Under the pieces are notes generated by a model. The model saw only the letters and a program-made list of their open reading frames with translations. It had not been told where the DNA came from and did not search any database. From the human T2T-CHM13v2.0 reference genome, Homo sapiens: DNA of 64,000 nucleotides. Below, one piece after another: positions 53,510-64,000 of the stretch (positions are counted from its first letter, which is position 1; every line of letters starts with the position of its first letter). The stretch lies in NCBI RefSeq assembly GCF_009914755.1, contig NC_060937.1; one strand, written 5' to 3'. Both the position numbers and the translations under genes were made by a program.

Positions 53510-55519
53510 TCACTAACATATTACATCCAAACTTAGGTTTGCTCAGTGGCAATGGCTCCTCCAGACAGCTCTCTGCTAATGGGTGGAAACTGCAGTCAAA
53601 CGCACGTCCCTGTCTGTCAATGAACGGGCCCACTGCCCCCAGCACGCGTCACGTGTGACCACAGATGCACTGCTTAAAGATCCAAGTTCTTCTCCCAGCG
53701 AAAAGACAGGGCTGCCTCAGTAAAAAGTGGTCCAGAAATTCAACTGTGCCTATCAGCCTGAAAAGACTTGACTTTTGTAATTTGTCTGTAATGTGAAAAC
53801 TACCCATCCCCTTTCTCTTTGGTTGAGTGCTTAGTCCAGTTCATGGAGTTCACTGATTGGTGGACTTGGGAATAAGAAGCCACAAAAGCAAGAACACATA
53901 TGTGATCCAGGACAGAAGAGGAGAGAGACTGCAGCCCTGAAAAAGGAGAGGAGATGCTCTTCTTTGGAAATTCTAACATCTGAAGTCTTGATTTTCAAGC
54001 CAAGCTCAGAGACCTTACATTGTCTTAGCTATTCCTGTGTCTTAAATATTGAAATGTCTGGTTTCTAGGCACAAATCAGGCATAATACAGAGCAAAAAGT
54101 GCTCGCAGAGAAGCCCATGCCAGGGACATCGAGGCGGCGTGGCCATGTTCTTCCCATCCCTGCCCTGGCTGGCAGCCGCACACGGGCACTGCTATTGCCC
54201 ACTCTGCCCTGGGATGCCCCTCAGTCAGAAGTAAAACAGGGCCAGTGCAGGTAGGCCATGCCCCCGAAGTGTGGGAGCAGGCACATGGTTTCATTTCGAG
54301 CTCTTTCAGGAGGCAGAGCAGGAGCCCATCAGTGGAAGGGGCACGGTACAACACAGCTGAGAACCCAGCTAAGTTCTGGGCACTGGGGCATTCGTGGGTG
54401 TGTCTGTTCGCAAGGCTTCAGGTGGGTGGGGAGACAAGGTGCATTCCCAGCAGACGATGGAGTCGAAAGAGGAATGGGAAGACTCGAGAAGACAGATGCT
54501 TCTCCTAGGATCTGGGGGATGGATAGCTAAGATTGCAGTGTGAAGAACCTCTGGACGCTGGATCTGTCATAAAATGGAAGAGCCCATCTCACAAAGTACT
54601 GAGCGCCTGGTAACTAGAGCAGACAGACTCATTAAAACCCAAACTGTACACTGACTCAGATCAGTGGCACCCCTGTGATGATGCCCAAGATCGCTTCCAT
54701 TTCAGGTCCTGCAGTGTATGTGGCTGTCAGAATTCTAAGATGCTGGCTGAAACTTTTCCATGCATCATTTCTGTCTTACACATTTGAAGACTAAAACATG
54801 TTTACAGTTCACAGGCAGAAATGGTACACAGTGGGGTTGATTTGAGGGACAGCCTCCTATTTGTCCTACTCTCGGGTTACTAACAGGCATATAAATATCA
54901 GAATATCCATTGCTTATTCCCCTCTAAGGCAGGACTGTTGATGCAGTGATAATCCACCTCTGTGTCTAGGATGGCGGAAGAGATAAATAAGTGTCCTGTG
55001 CGGGTAGTAAGGCAAACACTTGGAAAGATTAAAGATGGAACCGAGAGCCCAGAGTGAAGCTGGTTAATGCATCAACGGTAGATTTGCTCACACTGATGAT
55101 GCAAACACCACTGGAAGAATTGGTGAGCATTCCATGTGCAGATTTTTGACTTGGCTTGAAGGAGGGAAGAGCATTCTTTGGTAACAGAAGTCTCTTCTCA
55201 AACACTGAATGGAAAGATTGCGGTAACAAATCAGTCTGAGTTTTATCTGCTGACCACGCCCACTGTAGCAAGACTGACTTCACGGTCCTCGGAAAGGGAG
55301 AAGGGGCAAAACTCTGACTTTCAGGGCTGTCTCCACCTTTCCCACCCAGATCATCAACTAAGTTCCGGAAGATGCTTATTCTAGGAATAGATTGTGAAGA
55401 GGGTTCCAAATAAAAGGAACCTACGCCCTAACTCTGCCCACCCCCACTTGGCTCCAAAGCCGGTAAGTATGTGGGAAAAAATCATACGCAAAGACACAAC
55501 CACCATTTTAAAAAAATCA

Positions 55520-55654
<135 letters not shown>

Positions 55655-55919
55655 TCATAGCTAGGTGTTTTTACCCTCTCCTAACTCAACCTCTATTATA
55701 AAACCAAAATATTTTAGGCTATTTGACAAGTGTTAGAAATTCAGCTTTAGTTTGTTTCAAAATCATCTTAGGCTATCCACCACTTGCAAAACATAATCAC
55801 CACACACCACCCACCACCCACTCACCATCCCAAGCCATCACTGCCAACATTTCTATTTCACAAATTCTGAAGTATCTGTAGGTGCATCAGCCCTGTCCTG
55901 TATACTATTTCATTTCATC

Positions 55920-56020
55920 TTGCGAAGTGCCTACCATCACCCTTATTTTACAAATGAAGAAACTGAGGCTCAAGAAAGGTAAGTGATTTGTCCAGGGTCA
56001 TGCATCTAGTCAAAGCTGAG
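55920..56020 (+). mobile_element. MIR fragment, intron 21
   Basis: attttacaaatgaagaaactgaggctcaagaaaggtaagtgatttgtccagggtca. Confidence 0.8.
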
Positions 56021-58584
56021 ACTAGAAAAATTTTCTTCCTTTTTTCCCCCTCTAACCCAATTTACAGCAAAACTAATCATTATTTTAGAGCTGCAGACTG
56101 CCCACGAGGAAATGCCTCAAATTGTTCACATTCAATTCTGAGCATCATTTATGTAAAGAGGCATAAAAATAAACTGCAGTAATGTACACACCATCTGTCC
56201 TAGGTTCTAGTAAAAAATATCAGTATTGTTTATTGTTTTATGATTTGGATACACACTGAGATGGAGTTTATATTTCCTTCCCCAAGATCCTTGAAGAAAA
56301 AAGACACAGTGAACAACTTGGTATCCAGCATCCCTGCCCAGGCATAACCCTAACACTCATGCACCAGCACTGAAGGCCCTCCCCTCTCCCTTACAGGGTC
56401 TTCACCTAATGACAAAGTCATGGGCAGTCTCTGTTCAGCTGTCACCTGGACACCCTGAGTCCCAGACTATAGAAGGGCCCCAGGGTGTGGAGTGGGGCTG
56501 TGGGGCCCTCCCTCAGGCTTGAATATATTAACCAAGGTCAACTCTCCAGCTCGCCCACCCCAGCTAGAACCAGAATGCCTAAAAAGATCCCACACCTTGT
56601 TTGATGACTTGGTTTAGAGCTCAGCAGAACAAGTTAGCTTCCGCTGTGTAGGAACTATGGGGGAGGTGCTTTTGCTTTGCTTGTTGCTTATGTGCTTATG
56701 TGTCTTTCCCTGAGTTTCTCCCCACAAAGCACAGGAGGCAAGAAAGCCCAAGTGGGGTCACCATGGGTCCCCCACAGCCACTGCTAGGGACCTGCTCCTG
56801 GTGACTCTGGTCCTGCCTGGCTCCTCGTTAGCCCTTCGACATTGGTGCAGCTGGCACCATCGTCTTAAACAAAGTGGACTCCATGTTTATGCTTTAAAGA
56901 GCAGCCCCTAAATTACTTCACTGAAAGAACCCACATCTCTCATCCCTGTGAGCCTAGGGTATACTAATTCCTTGACTCTAGAAATGTATGCTCAAGAATA
57001 TTGAGAGACATGTAACTGTTATACTCCTTTTCCAGAGCATAACTCCTGCCTGCTTCAGCTCAACCAGAATCCCTTCATATCCCTGACAAAAAAACAAAAA
57101 ACAAAAAACAAACAAACAAAAAAAAAATAGTACATCCTCACCAAAGTCCATTTAAATTCATTTTATGCAGTGATTATTTCTGAGGAGTTCTAAAGTGCAA
57201 ATCTAGAGTTTACATTTTACAACGCCTTCTCATCAAGGGTATCTGCAGCCACAGATGGTTTAGAGCTGGCTGTACCCACTTGAGACAAGAATGCAGTGGC
57301 AGAACTTACATGCACAAATGGCTGCATTGTGTGGTTAATGCTCTATCGATAAGTCCTGAGGTAGCAATGGCTTTAAGATGTAGCCTCTTTAACATACATT
57401 ATAAATCTTAGTACAAATCTCATTTCTAAATTATTACTCGATACTCTGTGATTGAGAATTACTTAATTTACGTGGACTAAAAAGGCCACCTAGAAAACCT
57501 GGAATAGTAAATATTACAATGTGCTCAGCTAACACATCCCATTCAATTAACAAGAGTGTAAAGTTCATATTTTTACATGACGTGTGTTTATATTTCATCA
57601 CTTGCAAAATTACGAACATCCAAAAGAATGTCCTTTTCCCAGATTTCCCCACCATTGGCTCCCTCACCCCCTTCATGTCTTTGTAAATCACTCTGCTTAA
57701 AACCACAATCCCCTGCCCACCCCCCACCCCAGAACCCTCTGTTGACTCTCCTGCTTAAGTTTATCCCTGGACTTATCATCTCCTGCATTCATGAGAATTC
57801 CCTTGTCTTGGGTAACCCCTGTCAGCCCCATGGAATACTTGCTCCAGGACAGCAGGATCTGTTGAGTCTTGTCACCACTGCTAGATCTCTGCCTCCCAGG
57901 CACTCCCTTCCCCGCTGAATGAATCTGGAACCCAAAGGCCCCTTGGTCAGAGCTCACAACCTTCTCTCAGACACACAGAGAAAAGGAGCCTCTGGATTGA
58001 GTGTCTCCAGGACTGCAATATTTTATCTTCATTTCCCATGTTTCACACAATCACAAGAGCAGAGGAGAAAAGTTCCCCAAAGTCACACATGATCTGTTCT
58101 TTCTCCTACCCAAATTCATGTAGATCACATTCCCCATCGAAGCTGCCAGGCTGGAATCCATGGCTCCATCTAGTCCTGGCCCAGCCCCCAACAGTGGCCT
58201 CATCCATGAGAACTCCCTTTCGTAAAGATTTGCTTGAATTCTAGCAAATAAATCTTGCTGGGACTTGAAGCCTGTGAATCCTTTCTCAATCAACCCCACA
58301 GAGGATTCGTGTTTCAGGGGCCCCACAGAGCACACGTTGGTTTTGATCCAGCAGGTTCCAAAGGCTGGCTCCAGGTATCTGAACACACTCCCATTGCACA
58401 GGTTGGCTTAAATCCTTGGAGATTTTCTTCGAATTTGCTTTGGTATTGTATTGGGACCACACGGCCATCTTAATTGAGTCAAGACTTCCATGTTACATGT
58501 TCACCTTTTCTGGAATAAAAGCTGGCTTTTCTGGACTTTACTAATGTAATCTTTACCCATGTAATCCTGTCTTCCTTGTTTCTG

Positions 58585-58586
<2 letters not shown>

Positions 58587-58626
<40 letters not shown>
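58587..58626 (+). repeat. (GT)20 microsatellite, intron 21
   Basis: Perfect dinucleotide run. Confidence 0.97.
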
Positions 58627-58628
<2 letters not shown>

Positions 58629-58974
58629 TAGTATTCATTTGTATCTCTAGATGAAGAAGAATGCATTCTGTTTTCAATAAAAATTACATAACTCAACAGT
58701 TTTGCTTTTTAACTTTAGATGCCAGGAGTCTCAGAGGTGGTTAACGTGTTATTTACTCCGTTAAACCAGCTTTATTTTGAAATTTTAACTATTGCTTTTT
58801 GTAGCATGGTTCATTCTCTGAAGATTCCCTTAGAGGAATATGGATGATTAGAAGAATCCACGCCTTTCTATTACACTCTGGCTGTGGGGGACTATCACAG
58901 CCCCCAACCTGGGTCTGCCCGGCACCCTGGCGTCTGCTTGCACCCCACATTAAACCATTTCTGAGGGAACTCAC

Positions 58975-59139
58975 TTGTGTAGCCAGGCTGCCCAGGGGGC
59001 CCAGGGGAACCAGGAGGACCCGGGAGCCCATCTCTTCCACTTGGTCCTGGCAGAGATGTACCAGGAAATCCTCGGTCACCTTTTTCTCCTCTTTCACCAG
59101 GGAAGCCAGGGGCACCAGCCTGCCCAGGTACAGGGAGGC
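58975..59139 (-). CDS. COL4A1: COL4A1 exon 21 (165 nt)
   Basis: tgcag|GCCTCC...ACAA|gtgagt; [24 protein letters not shown]...GQPGYT. Confidence 0.96.
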
Positions 59140-61361
59140 CTGCAACCAGACAGAAGCTCACATCAGTAACCTCACGGCCACTTAGCAACTACAGCATAAA
59201 CTCATTCTCCTAACTCTGTTCAAGGTAAAAATCCAACCAGACCATCACTGAAAAGGGAACTGCTTTAGACATGTAAAACCAAATTAAGCTGGCAGGTGTC
59301 TTGCCATTTCATGCTGACAGTCAAATGTTTCCTACAAATTAACTTCAAAGAACAGGGACTCATTACGTAGATATTAAAATCTGTGAATTTCTCTCAGTGC
59401 AAATAGTATTCCCAACATATTTTAAAAAGGCTGTAGAGGGTGCACTGCATTTCTACTTGGCCAATGAGGGCATAGAAATGTCATTCAACAAAGCTAAAGT
59501 GGACCTGGAGCAAAGGGATGGTCAGTGGGTTGGCAATCTAGAAGAAAGAGCAGAAAATCACAACTAAGGACACACAAGATGGTTCTGTAAAAGGGTTTGA
59601 AGTCAGAGTAGCCATTAGGTGTGAACATATCAGGTCAGGTTCGGCCACTGTAACTCTGTAAGGGTAAGACCATGTGCCCCTGGGAGAGCTGAGGCCGGAC
59701 GCAGGGCTTGAGAGAGTGGTGGTGCAGGAGGCTGCATGGAGAAAGCTCTGCTGCTTCTGTGAGGGACGCACCAGCTTCTGCTCCCAGCATCAGGCTATGA
59801 TGAGGAGAGTGTGAGAAAAAGGACAGTCGAGGGAAACAGGACGCAGGAAGACTTGGCAGGAATGAAGAGCAGCATGGAGAGGAGAGGGAAGAGCGCTGAC
59901 CAAAGGGGCACAGAGCCTGAGACATCCAGCCTGTCACTGGGGAGAAAAGCCACAAGCACAACGTGCTCCAAGGCAGCCAAGGGCCCTGAGGGACGGCCCC
60001 TGTGGGCTTCCACAAAATACTGTGTGCCCTTCCTGAGTGGTGAATGAGGGGCAGCATGTCTAATGGAGAGGAAAATGAAGGAACTACCCGGGCACGAGGC
60101 CAACCAGACCCTCAGGGTGAGGAGGACGGTCAGGGAGCTGGGGGCGGGCAGAGGCAATGGTCAAGGCCACAGGCGAGCCCAGGGCAGGACTGGACAGAGA
60201 GGAGCGCAGCGACTTTGGGAGGGGGACGTGGGTAACTCCTCCAGCCAGAGCAACTTCAATGGCTTTTTATCAAGCGTCTGGGTTAAGAGACCACTAAGGG
60301 TTAGATAAAAGGCTGTAGACAGTAAACAAGGCTTCTGTGAGGAGACATGAAGTCACACATTTCCGAGAATCCAAGAATTAGGAAGAGACAAAAGGGATGC
60401 TTTTAAGGGTAGAGTCAGAGTTTTTACAGAAAAGAGAGAAAGTGGGAGTGGACGAAGGCCCTGCCCTGAGCCAGGCGTGGGCTGTGTGGGGTGTCGTCTG
60501 TTCCCAATAAAGGAAAAAAGGGGGCTCTGCAAGAACTTAGACCAGCTGGAAAGGAAACAAATATAAAATAATAAACGGGGATAAAAACAAAAATAAATGT
60601 AAACATCAAAAACAAAGCAAAAAGCGTAAAGGCTGCGAACACTCCGTTGTGTGCCAATGCTAGGGCAGGTGAGCGTTTCCATCAGACGCTTATCGGGTCA
60701 GCTCTGGGACCTGGGAGAATACCACAGGTGCACACGCACACACGTGGACACACGTGCATCTGCGCATATGGACAGAGACAACAGCGAGCCTCTGCAAAGC
60801 GCAGTCTGCCAGGAAACACAGGTTGGCACGTCTGGAGTGACTGGAGAATGACTTCACCCTGAGGAGCCCCGGGGTCCAGGGAGGCAAGGCTGGGGCTGGG
60901 CACAGCAGCTGGAAGGGGTTTTGTCCTGGAGTCTGATCTCCAGCTGGGAAACATCCCAGAGAGAGGGGAAAGTGGTCAGGACGCTGAGGAGGAAGGCGCC
61001 TGACTGTGCTAGAATCGGGGCTCTGTGGAAAGACAGGACCTGCTCAGTGGGAGCCGTGGGAAAAGAGGGGGGCAGGCTGGCTCTGGTGGGGTTACATCAG
61101 AGCTGGGCAGAATAGATCTGGATCCCCAGGAGAGACATAAGGGTGTACATGTTCATTAACATGCTAAGTGGTCACTTACAAAAGACAAGATACTTATCTA
61201 CAAGCACTTGTCTACTCTGCTTTCATCACTAGAAAAGATGTCGTAAGATTGCTACCGATTGTGTGCAAATATCTAACATTCGTGATAAATTATATATTCA
61301 GAATATAAACAGCACAGAAGGTGTGCAAGTATGCTATAACAAATCAGTTAAGGAGTCTCAC

Positions 61362-61397
61362 CTGGAGGTCCGGGTTGGCCTGGTAGTCCTGGGAAAC
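61362..61397 (-). CDS. COL4A1: COL4A1 exon 20 (36 nt)
   Basis: tttcag|GTTTCC...CCAG|gtgaga; GFPGLPGQPGPP. Confidence 0.95.
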
Positions 61398-61703
61398 CTG
61401 AAAAGAGAAAGAGAGTGTTGGATCAAACAGAACAGTTCACCCGTTTGTATACACTTCTTATTTCTCTACTGAAAGCCTTGCTTGGTGCATTGGTAAGTGT
61501 CCATGGCCAAAGGGAACGTAGAAAACAGAGCGGGAGACCACCCGAGCCCCCACTCTGGAAATGCATTGCTCTCAAAGCTACAGCGAAGGGCTCCTGAAGC
61601 CTGTTGTGACAGTGAAATAGGAACTTGGAGGAGACCTGGTCACAGACAGTCCTGCAAGGCCTGCAGATGCTTCCAAAATATGGAGGAACACAGGTCAAAA
61701 CTA

Positions 61704-62075
<372 letters not shown>

Positions 62076-62210
62076 CTAGTCCTGTATAGTAAAGCAGTAT
62101 GAGTGAAGAAATGTACATATTTGTTTTTATTTCAAGAAATATGAAAGTGAAGTAGCAGCAATGGTAGCGGACAAGGAGGAAGGGGATAAGCCTCTAAAAC
62201 ATATGGGACA

Positions 62211-62717
<507 letters not shown>

Positions 62718-62944
62718 TTACAACGTATTATGAGAGGAACACTCTTAAAAAAAAAAAAAAAAAAAGTAGGCGCTTCCTTAAGGTCGCAAGACAAGAAGAG
62801 GCACTTTCGGCTCCTTAACAAGGAGAAAATTCACTGGCCCTGATTCTAAATTAATGGAATTCAAGACAAGCGGCAAAGTCAACTTTTGCATATTACCTTT
62901 GAACTATAATTCCTTTGTATCAATTAATAGATATTATTAAAATG

Positions 62945-63050
62945 TGCCAATGTTAAATAGCTTGACTTAGTCATCCCACAAGTTATATATATAAAACATC
63001 ATGATGTATACCATAAATATATACAATTTTTGTCAGTTAAAAAATGAAAG
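62945..63050 (+). mobile_element. L1MA-like extreme 3' end
   Basis: tgttaaatagcttgacttagtcatcccacaa...tgtataccataaatatatacaatttttgtcagttaaaaaa. Confidence 0.7.
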
Positions 63051-63437
63051 TAAAACCCTTCAATGTAAATCTATAAATAAAATGGGCTGTGTGAACGCAT
63101 TACCTGTGGCACTGCAAGGAAGGCAGCAAAGGAGAGAACGGTAACATTTTCATTATTTCAAAAAAGTCTGGGGGCAAAATGGCTAAAAAAATTAAAGCAC
63201 AACTCTCTGATAGGACACTGAAAATGATCACCATGAAGATATGTGCAAACATGATAATGCCCATTTTTAAATGTCACACACATCACTGACAAGTATGCAA
63301 AATATGTATGTTGACCAGTAGTAAAATGTTATTTGCAAAAATAAAAATTGTTTTACCAGGATAGTTAAATTACAGATGACCTGTTTCTCTTACAAAAATT
63401 TTCCTCAATGGACCACGTTTTTTTAAAAAAGGTGTCA

Positions 63438-63776
<339 letters not shown>

Positions 63777-64000
63777 TCATTTTCAGTGATTTAAAGATGT
63801 GCAGAAATTATCAAAATATAATAAAAATAATAAACACTAAACTCCGTACAACAAATTAGAAAATCATTTCAAGTAGCATGAACCACTTTACATAACAAAT
63901 GCAATTCTAGAGACAGCTGTGGGTGTGTGCCCTGCATCTCCTCTCCTTCCTCTCCCAGCGCTCTCACAGACCCAGGGTCCTCTCCTTCCTCCCCCCAGTG

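Noticed and set aside
56400-58570. Possible old LTR fragments in intron 21
   Set aside because: I could not assign a family or boundaries by eye; needs RepeatMasker.

Overview
Human genomic DNA containing the 3' two-thirds of COL4A1 (collagen IV alpha-1) on the minus strand. I located 34 coding exons (exons 19-52 in standard numbering) by reading splice sites. They join into one 4011-nt open frame: interrupted Gly-X-Y helix, then the NC1 domain, ending ...[11 protein letters not shown] at 11173. A ~1.4-kb 3'UTR follows, with miR-29 sites and several poly(A) signals. Bases 1-9700 are intergenic and mostly nested old L1 and Alu insertions. I see no new multi-gene system; most ORFs in the track are exon read-through, antisense collagen frames, or Alu/L1/tandem-repeat artefacts. 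Most worth following up: (1) a decayed copy of the intron 49/exon 50 acceptor inserted in intron 50 between ~57-bp direct repeats, plus a second duplicate of the adjacent intron 49 segment; (2) an alternative terminal exon in intron 24 with three in-frame acceptors, giving an NC1-less chain; (3) a GC-AG intron and rare GAG/AAG acceptors; (4) a 21-bp minisatellite derived from an L1 3'UTR and a 17/34-bp higher-order minisatellite; (5) long purine tracts next to exons. Repeat subfamily calls are by eye; exon numbering and literature links are from recall.
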